Source of the DNA: Pseudomonadota bacterium
Lineage (GTDB): Bacteria; Bdellovibrionota; Bdellovibrionia; Bdellovibrionales; Bdellovibrionaceae
Assembly (NCBI GenBank): GCA_041178425.1
Contig: JBEGVH010000020.1
Span: 32,001-96,000 of the forward strand
Direction: 5' to 3'
Length of the DNA: 64,000 nucleotides
The translations under genes and the position numbers were made by a program. Positions 20,357 to 29,401 of the stretch are shown here, piece by piece (the first letter of the stretch is position 1; the number at the start of each line of letters is the position of its first letter). The notes under the pieces are model-generated. The model made no database searches and was not told the DNA's origin. It saw only the letters and a program-made list of their open reading frames with translations.

Positions 20357-20743
20357 CTAATTATACTCCATAGGCAGGCTCTGAATTTTTTTGATAAACT
20401 CTTCTGCTTGGAAGGGTTTTAGTTGGTACCCCAAAACGCCATCGCTATAATAGTGGCGCAACTCATTTTCAACAAGATCACCGGTAAGAAAGAAGAAAGG
20501 GGTTTTAAACCCCCGACTTCTTAAATCTTTTAGCAAACTAATTCCAGACCCACCGGGCATATTCAGATCTGAAATGATAAGATCAATCACCTGCCCCAGA
20601 TCTTTTTGGCTTGAAACTGTCGCTAGCGCCTCAGCCGCTGAGTGAGCGGCGAAACATTCAAATCCCTCGTCTGAAAGCAAATCAACCATAATTTCGCACA
20701 AATCAGGCTCATCATCGACAATCAAAAGAGTTCTTTTTTTCAT
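20357..20743 (-). CDS. Single-domain response regulator
   Basis: VDDE, SDLNMPGGSG, KPF. Confidence 0.88.
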   Translation of the reverse strand: MKKRTLLIVDDEPDLCEIMVDLLSDEGFECFAAHSAAEALATVSSQKDLGQVIDLIISDLNMPGGSGISLLKDLRSRGFKTPFFFLTGDLVENELRHYYSDGVLGYQLKPFQAEEFIKKIQSLPMEYN

Positions 20744-20762
20744 AGCGCCATCCTCCGCTCAA

Positions 20763-21365
20763 TTATTTTACCTTGTTAGCCTCGCCTTCGATCGTTACAT
20801 CAACCTCTTCGCCAACAACAACACCAGCCGCTTTTGCCATTGGCTTATTCCAGGTGATGTTAAAGTCTTTACGATTGATCTTCGTAGTTGCAGAAAAAAT
20901 AACTTTTTCGTTGCCCCAAGGATCTACGGCTGCTCCCTTGTAGTCTACATTGAGAACCACCGGCTTTGTGATACCATTGAGCGTAAGATCGCCTACTAGC
21001 TTATCGATCGCCTTCTTTTTCATTTTTACTTCTTTCATGACAAACGTCATGTAACGCTTAGCTTCGACAAGTTCGCCCTTAGCATCGCGAACACCAAAAA
21101 AATCAGGATTCTTAAGGTGCTCGTCACGCTTAGGATCGTTTGTGTTTACGGAATCAAGATCAATTTTTACATCAACCTTTGAAAGAGAATTGGCTTTTTC
21201 ATCAAAATCAATATCTCCTTCAAATTTATCAAAACGCCCATTCACAGTCGCAATAACTAAGTGTTTCACTTTAAAAGTAACACCAGTATGTGAGGCATCT
21301 AATTTGTAGGGGGCCGCAAATAATTTTGTACCCAACAGCAGGGAAGCAATAACAAGAATACGCAT
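20763..21365 (-). CDS. yceI: YceI-family periplasmic protein
   Basis: LDASHTGVTFKVKHL, RDEHLKNPDFF, GDLTLNGITKPV, DPWG. Confidence 0.9.
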   Translation of the reverse strand: MRILVIASLLLGTKLFAAPYKLDASHTGVTFKVKHLVIATVNGRFDKFEGDIDFDEKANSLSKVDVKIDLDSVNTNDPKRDEHLKNPDFFGVRDAKGELVEAKRYMTFVMKEVKMKKKAIDKLVGDLTLNGITKPVVLNVDYKGAAVDPWGNEKVIFSATTKINRKDFNITWNKPMAKAAGVVVGEEVDVTIEGEANKVK

Positions 21366-21467
21366 TTTTTCTCCTTTAATTGATGTTTATACCAAACAGA
21401 ATTAGTCTATTATCAGTGTAAAATCAGATTCAATCTCTAACGCGCAAAATGCACTGCCTAAGAAAAC

Positions 21468-21496
21468 AAAAAGCCCGAAGGATGTCCTAAGGGCTT
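21468..21496 (-). terminator. Intrinsic terminator after the small lipoprotein gene
   Basis: Minus strand AAGCCC...GGGCTTTTT. Confidence 0.6.
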
Positions 21497-21536
21497 AAAA
21501 AAGTACTAAACTTGATGACTTTAGATAAAAATTCGT

Positions 21537-21818
21537 TTAATCGGCGACCGAACTCATCTTTAACGAGTGGTAAACGGTGTAGTTTTGGGCCGTACGCGAA
21601 ACCACCTGTCCGAAGGGATGCCCAATCTGCGAGTCAACAATATAGCCACCCGATGTGGTTTGACGATTAGATCCCGCCGTCATCTCGGCTCCGGCTGGCT
21701 TTTTTGTTGAAACCTTAGACTCCTGCTCCTGGGAAACACTCACATCCATGCTACACCCAGAAATAAGGTATGAAAAAGCACTAGCAATCATCAATGTTCT
21801 GAATGTCTGACTTCTCAT
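21537..21818 (-). CDS. Small lipoprotein
   Basis: SD GAGG, ATG 21818, lipobox ISGC. Confidence 0.7.
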   Translation of the reverse strand: MRSQTFRTLMIASAFSYLISGCSMDVSVSQEQESKVSTKKPAGAEMTAGSNRQTTSGGYIVDSQIGHPFGQVVSRTAQNYTVYHSLKMSSVAD

Positions 21819-21838
21819 AAAAACCTCGTCTCTAGTAT

Positions 21839-21866
21839 TTATCGGCACAAAAACCCAAACACTTTA
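21839..21866 (-). promoter_or_regulatory. Sigma-28 promoter
   Basis: TAAA-N16-GCCGATAA (consensus -35 and -10 elements). Confidence 0.75.
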
Positions 21867-22009
21867 GTCGACCCTACAACATCAGAACTGTCTCATAATG
21901 AGTCATTCCAAAATTCAACTTAAATGGAGAATAAGGTTAAGTTTATTTAACTTCCCAGCCTCATTTCGTTATGAAAAATTAACACTAGCAGAAATTTGCT
22001 TTTCTATAA

Positions 22010-22708
22010 GTGGGGAAAAAAGCAATGAGTTCCGAAGACTTTGAAGAACACTCTAACTCGAATCTTTTTGATTTACTGTCTCAAATTGAGGGTGTTGTAA
22101 CTGATTCACCAGCCCATGAATTGACAGAATTGCCAGCAAGCTCGCATAGCTTTGCTATTTACCCGCTCAAAAGCCCCTACTACCGCAAGCTTTGTGTTTT
22201 TAAATTTGATTCGATCGAAGCTTTTAAAGAATTAAATTTTAATCGTGAACAACACAATCTGGCACGCTGTCTTTTTATCTTCGACAAACTCAACTCCAAC
22301 ATAGCTCTGCAATTATTAGAACAAGGGGCTTTTGCTATTTTTCATTCCCAATCTCTTTTTGAGGACGTTCGGAATAAAATTTATTGGTTCTTCTCCCCTG
22401 ACGTACAGATTAGCCTTTTGAAAAATTTTTTCTTAAAAAACATCACGCTTACTAAAATTGAGTCAACTCTTCTTGATGCTTTACTCAGGCAAGGCGCTAA
22501 TGGCCTTACGAGAGCTGATTTAGTAGAGCATTGCTGGCAGGGAGTCAGTGTTCACCACAAGACCCTCGATGTGCACCTTTTTCACCTTAGAAAAAAACTC
22601 GAAAGAAAAAACATATCGATAGACTTTAAGAAAAACCGCTGGGCATTAAAATTTAATCTCCCTACAGATTCTCCATTTTCTGAAGATCAAAATGAGACTC
22701 AAAATTAA
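22010..22708 (+). CDS. OmpR-type winged-helix regulator with degenerate N-terminal domain
   Basis: LTKIESTLL...W...KTLDVHLFHLRKKL; no recognisable receiver Asp motifs. Confidence 0.7.
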   Translation: MGKKAMSSEDFEEHSNSNLFDLLSQIEGVVTDSPAHELTELPASSHSFAIYPLKSPYYRKLCVFKFDSIEAFKELNFNREQHNLARCLFIFDKLNSNIALQLLEQGAFAIFHSQSLFEDVRNKIYWFFSPDVQISLLKNFFLKNITLTKIESTLLDALLRQGANGLTRADLVEHCWQGVSVHHKTLDVHLFHLRKKLERKNISIDFKKNRWALKFNLPTDSPFSEDQNETQN

Positions 22709-22718
22709 AGCTCACTAA

Positions 22719-23912
22719 TCATTTGTAGGCACGCTCAAGGAGCTCATCCACTCTTTCAATGCTGATACTGCTGTTCCAACTTTTTCGATACAAAAGATCT
22801 CGCGGTGGCGGAATAACCAAAAAGTCCGGATGGTCATGGCGCGAGTCCACACCATTTTTAGATTTCACCCAATAACCGTAAGTCACGACCAGATCACCAT
22901 TTGCATCTCTATCTCCCTCCAGGACATAATCGTATTCTCGAACGATTTCTTTAGTGCCAATAAACTTTTTATCAAAACTTTTCAAAGAGTCCGCTAGGTA
23001 TATCCACATTCTAACAAAAACAGCATTTGGCTTATCTGGGATGGCCTCCATTTGATAATTGGCTTTATAAACAGGAAAATTCCAGACTTCCACGCCTGGA
23101 TCGATATCGACAATAAAAGGCTGCTTGCGCTCAAAGAGCTGCACTTCGATCAACCGATGAAACTGCTCCGGAAACACATCCGGATAAATCCATGCATTCT
23201 CCTGCCCAGTAAACTTTTGGCCATAATATTTAAATCCATTTTCATCGGCTGCTTCAATTGTTTTTAGAAGTAGTCCTTTTAACTCACCCACCGTAAACGA
23301 AACGGTATCATGGTGGGAGCTACCCAGAGAGACGGTCACTGGGTGAAGAGGCTCTGGAAAGGTTATGGCTGCAATTGCCCAGGCATCACATAAGCCTTCC
23401 CAAGTGAGCGATTCATCACTAAATTTTTTTCTCTCTTCTGCGGCAGCAGAGGGTGAATTCACTTCTTTGGCCCGCTGATAAAGATCTAACTTAGCTAAGA
23501 TCGATAGGTTTTTATAATCATATCGATTGGCTGCTCTTGAATTATCAAAAAACGTTGCCTCTCTCTTTGGAAACCACCAAGAAGACCAAGGTATAACCAC
23601 TGATTGAGCCATTGGTGACCGGTGAGGAAATTCCCTTTGTTTGATGGTCGTTAATCCAAATTCCCGAGTGACCGCAGTAAGAGAAGGATCATTCAACTCT
23701 TCGATAATTCCCCTCTCTCTTCCGCGAAGATAATCACCTAAATCTTTATACTGATCCTTTTCGGGAGGCCTCGTATCAGAAGGGTCGATTGGATTATAAA
23801 AGGGTCGAGAGACTGACTTCTCGCCTTGCCCACAGGAGACCAAGAAGACACTAACCATTAGGCTAGCTAGAGCTCTCTTTACTTCAATCGGCCAATAAAG
23901 TCTGAAAGTCAC
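22719..23912 (-). CDS. Transglutaminase-elicitor-like lipoprotein
   Basis: Lipobox LVSC; PWSSWWFP, WEGLCDAWAIAA, EVWNFPV, HPDF motifs. Confidence 0.65.
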   Translation of the reverse strand: MTFRLYWPIEVKRALASLMVSVFLVSCGQGEKSVSRPFYNPIDPSDTRPPEKDQYKDLGDYLRGRERGIIEELNDPSLTAVTREFGLTTIKQREFPHRSPMAQSVVIPWSSWWFPKREATFFDNSRAANRYDYKNLSILAKLDLYQRAKEVNSPSAAAEERKKFSDESLTWEGLCDAWAIAAITFPEPLHPVTVSLGSSHHDTVSFTVGELKGLLLKTIEAADENGFKYYGQKFTGQENAWIYPDVFPEQFHRLIEVQLFERKQPFIVDIDPGVEVWNFPVYKANYQMEAIPDKPNAVFVRMWIYLADSLKSFDKKFIGTKEIVREYDYVLEGDRDANGDLVVTYGYWVKSKNGVDSRHDHPDFLVIPPPRDLLYRKSWNSSISIERVDELLERAYK

Positions 23913-23937
23913 AAATCCCCCTCAAAACTAAGCAACA

Positions 23938-23970
23938 TCCACGGGACTAACGGAACGTCAGTCCCGTGGA
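23938..23970 (-). other. Intergenic stem-loop without U-tract
   Basis: TCCACGGGACT / AGTCCCGTGGA inverted repeat, extendable with a G-U pair. Confidence 0.7.
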
Positions 23971-23988
23971 CAGGTCTTTAACTCTTTA

Positions 23989-24516
23989 CTAATCCTGCAT
24001 TTTCACATTACAGAAACCGGCTTTTTTTCCGGTCTCCTCTTGTCTCACCGACTGAGGATTTGCAACTTTCAGTGACTCGATATGACCAGCACAAAACTCA
24101 TCGGCAGTGCCTTGATGAGCCATAATTTGCTCACACGTCGTCGACTGCACAGTCTCTAGCGTTTCAATAACTTGTTTGTATTGATCACATCCCGCAGCCT
24201 GAGGCTCCGAAGCCAATTCCGCTGTAACTGGATTCACCTTGTATTTATTTGAAGATACCGACGTCACAACCACCCGTCGTGTTGGCAAAGCCACGCTACT
24301 CTGAGGATCGGCAACCCACTTTGTCTTCAATTCGGTACAAGAAACCTGGATGTTCGACGGGGCCACTTGGTTTTGAAATCGCGCCGGATTGGCGCAGGCT
24401 TCACGAAGCTCTTCAAATTGTAAAATACGTGAATCTGACGGAGCCTGCTCAGAAGCCATAGCATTCATTTGACATAAACCAAGGGTTGCAACACAGATTA
24501 ATAATTGAGTTTTCAT
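23989..24516 (-). CDS. Secreted Cys-containing hypothetical protein
   Basis: SD AGGAG, signal peptide ending AMA, 6 Cys in the mature part. Confidence 0.75.
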   Translation of the reverse strand: MKTQLLICVATLGLCQMNAMASEQAPSDSRILQFEELREACANPARFQNQVAPSNIQVSCTELKTKWVADPQSSVALPTRRVVVTSVSSNKYKVNPVTAELASEPQAAGCDQYKQVIETLETVQSTTCEQIMAHQGTADEFCAGHIESLKVANPQSVRQEETGKKAGFCNVKMQD

Positions 24517-24816
24517 TTTATACTCCTAATTTAAAATAGTTTATTTTTATTACGGTCTGTCCGAGCTTTTGAAACCAGGTGCTCCTTTCTCTACACCGGA
24601 CTAAATCTCAAACCAGACATCGTCTCAACAAGGTCGAGCGTTAACATCGCACCCAGGGGTAGGCTCTCTTTTTGGGGGAGTATCTGCATATCTTTATAGT
24701 TGCGGGCCATTAGAACCCAAATCGGTGAGACCAAATTATAATTATTTATACATTGGACTCGATTTGATCACTTCTTGATGATATCCTCTTAAGCTGTAGT
24801 CGCTGAGGAGGCTTTT

Positions 24817-25440
24817 ATTTATCATGGAGAACGTCTCAATAGCATTACTCATCTTGTAGGCGCCGCCGCAGCGATTGCCGGTGCCGCCGTTCTTATAACA
24901 AAGGCCAGTCTGCTGGGTGATATTTGGAAGATCGTTGGTAGTTGTGTTTATGGCATCGCAATGGTTCTGTTGTATACAGTGTCGACCCTCTATCATTCCC
25001 TGCAAGGGCGAGCAAAAAAGATTTTTAAAAAGTTAGATCACATTGCCATCTATTTGCTGATCGCCGGCACCTACACCCCTTTTTGTTTGATTGCGCTAAA
25101 AGGAGCCTTAGGCTGGGGACTGCTAATCACCAACTGGGGACTCGCTCTTTTAGGAATTACCTACGAGCTGACTTTAGCAAAGCACACCCGAATACCATCG
25201 ATGATTATTTATGTGGTCATGGGATGGATGATTGTACTTGCACTAAAACCGCTAGCCTTGGCTCTCTCACTGGCTGGAATGGCTTGGTTAACTATTGGTG
25301 GATTGCTCTATACCGGTGGAATTTTCTTTTTCTTATTTGATGATAAGATCAAACACTTTCATGGCATTTGGCACTTGTTTGTTCTTGGTGGGTCAACCTG
25401 CCAATACCTGTGCATTGCTCTTTATCTACTGCCTCTTTGA
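24817..25440 (+). CDS. Hemolysin III (PAQR/YqfA) family membrane protein, apparent ATT start
   Basis: STLYHS, KLDHIAIYLLIAGTYTPF, HGIWHLFVLGG; family N-terminus YHGERLNSITHLVGA is in frame from 24820. Confidence 0.85.
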   Translation: MYHGERLNSITHLVGAAAAIAGAAVLITKASLLGDIWKIVGSCVYGIAMVLLYTVSTLYHSLQGRAKKIFKKLDHIAIYLLIAGTYTPFCLIALKGALGWGLLITNWGLALLGITYELTLAKHTRIPSMIIYVVMGWMIVLALKPLALALSLAGMAWLTIGGLLYTGGIFFFLFDDKIKHFHGIWHLFVLGGSTCQYLCIALYLLPL

Positions 25441-26339
25441 AAGTTTGCCATGAGTGTTTCCAGGGTGGTGTCTTGATCAAAAAACAAAACATAAGCACTC
25501 ACCATAACGCCGGCAAAAGACCATATACCCATGGTCACGGCGATTCCTAAGTGAAAGAAAAACCCAAAAAATAAAAGCCACGGTCGAACTTTAGGTTTCC
25601 AAACAAGGACCGGAAAGTACACTTCAAAGAATAATGTCATAAACACAAAAACTGCAATCATGAGAGGCCATTGCGACGTCCAGGCCATATCGACTACAGT
25701 GAATTGTCGATTACCCCAAACAGTCCAGAGAGAAGTTCCATCCCACCAACTCGTTCCCTTGAGCTTTTGAAGGCCTGTGTATCCATAGATCACACACAAA
25801 TGTAATTGCACCATGCGGGCACCAGCACTACTAAGAAAATCACATTTGATATTGCTCATTCGCTCACGATCAAAATAGTTCAGCACGCTAAAATAAGCGT
25901 TATGGCGAGTCCACGAGAGATAAAACAACCACATGGCCCCAATCAGATCAGCGCCGTAAGCGACAAAATAATTTCTTTGAACAAACCCCAAACAGAGAAG
26001 CCACGTGATCAACGTCCATAGCCGGCCTCCGATTCCGAGAACTAATCCAAAAAGTAATACTACAAGAATCGCGTGAATATAAGGAACCCATGAGTCGGGC
26101 CAAACGAAAACGCTAAAGAGGGGGCGATAAAATTCTGGCATCAAGTTGAGCGCCTGCTGTTTTAAAACCATACCCTGAGAGTTAGTGTAATAAAAACTGA
26201 CCTCTAGTTGTCGCCAACAGTACAAGCCAAACAGGGCTGAAGCCACGATTAATCTCATCAGGCCTAAATGATAAAGCGATCGAGGTGCGAAGAAGAAGTT
26301 TTGCACCGAATCCCAAACAGCAGTAATTCTCTTGATCAT
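25422..26339 (-). CDS. HTTM-domain membrane protein (SdpB-like)
   Basis: QRN...YGAD, QLHLCVIYGYTGLQKLKGTSWWDGT, FHLGI motifs. Confidence 0.8.
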   Translation of the reverse strand: MIKRITAVWDSVQNFFFAPRSLYHLGLMRLIVASALFGLYCWRQLEVSFYYTNSQGMVLKQQALNLMPEFYRPLFSVFVWPDSWVPYIHAILVVLLFGLVLGIGGRLWTLITWLLCLGFVQRNYFVAYGADLIGAMWLFYLSWTRHNAYFSVLNYFDRERMSNIKCDFLSSAGARMVQLHLCVIYGYTGLQKLKGTSWWDGTSLWTVWGNRQFTVVDMAWTSQWPLMIAVFVFMTLFFEVYFPVLVWKPKVRPWLLFFGFFFHLGIAVTMGIWSFAGVMVSAYVLFFDQDTTLETLMANFQRGSR

Positions 26340-26893
26340 GTGTTCACCTCACTGCAGTTGGCCTCAACGGGATAGGCTTCCATTCGATTGTGTTCGAGCG
26401 ACCAGTCAATCATTCGAGCCTTTTCAAGTGGCGGGACCAACTCTGTTACCTGTCGAACTCTCACTCGATTGGCCTCTGGGTATTGTCGACAAAGGTAACC
26501 AATAAAGGCTTGCTCGACGCTGGTTCGAGTGAGCGCAAAAAAACGAACCGCATTCTTTAATCGAATTTTATTTGGGTGAAGTGTTCTTTCTGTGCGCCAT
26601 TCCGGAAAAAAACCTTCAACCGGAGCCCGCTTCTCCTCCCCATCTTCGGTTTCAAAATACACGGAATAATCAAAGTAAAAGGCTTGAGGTGGATCGGGTG
26701 AAAAAAACTCCCAAGTGGCATTCATCCCCAAGGTATTCGCGTAGGGAGCAATCAAATCTCCCCAACGGCGACCCAGAATAGAACCCGAATTGGGCATCAA
26801 AACAATAACAGCAAGGTGGTACAGCAAAAAGAGAGTAAAAAGGTTGATCGCCCATTTTTTCATAGAATCCATCCTTGTCGAAGGCTCTAACAT
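26336..26893 (-). CDS. HTTM partner protein (SdpA/DUF5819-like)
   Basis: N-terminal TM helix and WEFFSPDP motif; overlaps the HTTM gene start. Confidence 0.6.
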   Translation of the reverse strand: MLEPSTRMDSMKKWAINLFTLFLLYHLAVIVLMPNSGSILGRRWGDLIAPYANTLGMNATWEFFSPDPPQAFYFDYSVYFETEDGEEKRAPVEGFFPEWRTERTLHPNKIRLKNAVRFFALTRTSVEQAFIGYLCRQYPEANRVRVRQVTELVPPLEKARMIDWSLEHNRMEAYPVEANCSEVNT

Positions 26894-26975
26894 CCGGTCA
26901 GAGCTTTTACGTCACTATCAAATGTCCCTTCTATAAGTCAGAACTTCATTTAGAAGGGATCACTTACTCGAACCT

Positions 26976-28379
26976 CTAAACAATCTCCTCGTCGATATCA
27001 GCGATATCATTATCTTCGAGACGTTGAGCAAAGTCTAAGTCGTCTTGAGCAGATTCAGCATCCCAAGCTTGCAGTGCCGCTTCGAGTTCTGCTGATTCAT
27101 CAAGGGCTCCAGTTGGGGCCGCGGCAACTTCGGTTGCCGGTACGTCTACGTCTCCCTCTGGAGCGGCAACCACTTGTGCTAGCTGCTCATCATATTTTTT
27201 TAGCCAGTTCACATCGCGAGTCGAAACAGTTTCACCCACCGCGAGTGCTTCTCGCAGATTACGAGCTTTTTCTTCGTCGCGCGCTAGCTTTTGACGGATT
27301 TTTTCTTTTTCAAAAAACTCTGAAGAGGTCTCAATCTTTTCAAGCTGATCAGTAATCCGAGTGAGTTCTTCTTCTCCCTCAGAGTAACTTGAACCGATTT
27401 TTTCAGAAAGACCATCTGTGATATCGGCTAACTTTGGCTTTTGCTCTTCATCACCAATACCCTCAGGCAAGAGCTCATCAATTTGCGATAAAGTCGGCAA
27501 CTCTTTCAAATTACGAAGACCAAAAATCTCCAAGAACTTTCTCGTTGTCGCATATTGCATGGGTTTACCGGGTAGATCGCTCTTACCAGCAAAAAGAACC
27601 AAGTTTTTTTCCATCAGAGCACGGAGTAAATGCCCAGACTCCACACCGCGAATTTCGTCGATTTCAGCCTTAACGACAGGTTGCTTATAAGCAACGATAG
27701 CTAAAACTTCGAGAGCCGGACCCGATACCTTAAAGGCTTTAGCCTTAAACGATCGGCGCATAAATTCCATATTATCGATCTTCGTGCGAAGTTGATAACC
27801 ACTACCAACCTCTTCAAGCGTAACACCTCGTCTTCCACCAGCATATTCAACTTGAAGCGATTCGATCGCTCTTTTAAGGCGAGCATTGGAAACATTAGTT
27901 CCTTTAAAAATCTGTTTGAGCGTTGCTAGCGATACCGGACGATCGGTCGCAAAAAGAACACTTTCGATAATTGATTCCAACTGACTCTCTTCAACAAATT
28001 CCAATTCCTCGATCGACGCTGAATCAAAGCCCTCAAGCTCGGTGCCCTCTAATTCAGAGCTCACATCTTTGGTTTCGAGAGAATCAATGGTTTCTCCGTC
28101 GAGAGACGCAAAAAGATTTTCCTCGTCAAACGAAATATCTTCACCAACGACTATGTTTTCGATCTCCTGAAGATCTTCTTCAGTCAAAAGGGCCATTGAA
28201 GTTTGAATCTCTTCTACTTCATCGCTTTCAAAAACTTTGGCTTTTTCCGCGCCCACAGGGGATTCGTCAGTTTCAGAGTCGAATTCAAACAAACTCGATT
28301 TTGCCGCATCGATGAGGTTTGATAAATCTGCATTCACCGCCGCGTCTTCAGCTATTTTTGGAGTTTTCTTTTTTGCCAT
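26976..28379 (-). CDS. scpB: SMC-Scp complex subunit ScpB with acidic extensions
   Basis: IESVLFA, GYQLRT, ALEVLAIVAYKQPV, IRGVES, FLEIFGLRNLKELP. Confidence 0.93.
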   Translation of the reverse strand: MAKKKTPKIAEDAAVNADLSNLIDAAKSSLFEFDSETDESPVGAEKAKVFESDEVEEIQTSMALLTEEDLQEIENIVVGEDISFDEENLFASLDGETIDSLETKDVSSELEGTELEGFDSASIEELEFVEESQLESIIESVLFATDRPVSLATLKQIFKGTNVSNARLKRAIESLQVEYAGGRRGVTLEEVGSGYQLRTKIDNMEFMRRSFKAKAFKVSGPALEVLAIVAYKQPVVKAEIDEIRGVESGHLLRALMEKNLVLFAGKSDLPGKPMQYATTRKFLEIFGLRNLKELPTLSQIDELLPEGIGDEEQKPKLADITDGLSEKIGSSYSEGEEELTRITDQLEKIETSSEFFEKEKIRQKLARDEEKARNLREALAVGETVSTRDVNWLKKYDEQLAQVVAAPEGDVDVPATEVAAAPTGALDESAELEAALQAWDAESAQDDLDFAQRLEDNDIADIDEEIV

Positions 28380-28381
28380 AA

Positions 28382-29401
28382 TTAAACTTGCCCCTCTTCG
28401 CCCTGATCAAGGGATTCAACGATCACAGGAGTTTCCTTTAGTATTTCGTTTTCAAACGCTGCCAATTCTGATTCGGCCGCAAGAATCTCTTCGTCAGAAG
28501 CCATTTCTTCTGCCCCCAGCGACAAATCATCGCCTCCGAGATTAGCCAGTTCTGTTTCTTCGGCCAAAGGCAGCTCCAATTGAGCATCGGCCTCGGCTTG
28601 TTGAAACATACGCTCTGCCGCCTCTTCCGATTTGAGACCGTCAAATTCCTCTACTCGAGAGATCACGTCGCTCGCGATGTCTTTTTTAGTATCAACATAA
28701 ACATCACCGTATGTTTCTGCTTGATAGAGTGTCACAAAACCCATTTTTCCTAATTCAAGCAGAGATAAAAAGGTAATCAAAACCTGACGGGTTTTATCGT
28801 CTGTAATTGATAGCAACTCTCTCAAAGTGATTCGTTGCCCTGGAATCAAACGGTCTTTGATTTCAAGAATCCGCTGAGCAATAGACTGAGCTTTATGGGC
28901 GACACGATGGATCTTCTTTTGAAAAGACCTAAGTGCCCGACGATAACTGGCAATCAATGAAAAGAGGGCGTTTTCTTCGAGGAGAATTTCGTCGTCTTGA
29001 GGCTTGATGGTCTCTTTAGAACCACGCAACCAAATATCACGACCCACCATTGGACGTTCGTTAAGATTTTTGGCAGCCTCTTGGAATTTTTGATACTCAA
29101 GCAGGCGTTGAACGAGCTCTTTACGAGGATCTACGTTCTCGATAACCTCACCTTGGTCATTGTATTGAGGTAACAGCATACGGCTCTTAATATGAATGAG
29201 CGTAGAGGCCATAGAAATAAACTCTCCCGCCACCTCTAAATCGAGTTCACGCATTCTCTTGATATACTCAAGGTACTGATGGGTGATTTCGTGGATCTTG
29301 ATATCAAAAATATCCATTTCCTCTTTACGAATAAGGTACAAGAGGAGATCCAACGGACCTTCAAATTTAGGCAATGTCACCGTTAACTGATTCAAAACCA
29401 A
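28382..29401 (-). CDS. scpA: Segregation/condensation protein ScpA
   Basis: FEGPLDLLLYLI, IKSRMLLP, DPRKELVQRLLEY, TFLSLLEL. Confidence 0.93.
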   Translation of the reverse strand: MVLNQLTVTLPKFEGPLDLLLYLIRKEEMDIFDIKIHEITHQYLEYIKRMRELDLEVAGEFISMASTLIHIKSRMLLPQYNDQGEVIENVDPRKELVQRLLEYQKFQEAAKNLNERPMVGRDIWLRGSKETIKPQDDEILLEENALFSLIASYRRALRSFQKKIHRVAHKAQSIAQRILEIKDRLIPGQRITLRELLSITDDKTRQVLITFLSLLELGKMGFVTLYQAETYGDVYVDTKKDIASDVISRVEEFDGLKSEEAAERMFQQAEADAQLELPLAEETELANLGGDDLSLGAEEMASDEEILAAESELAAFENEILKETPVIVESLDQGEEGQV

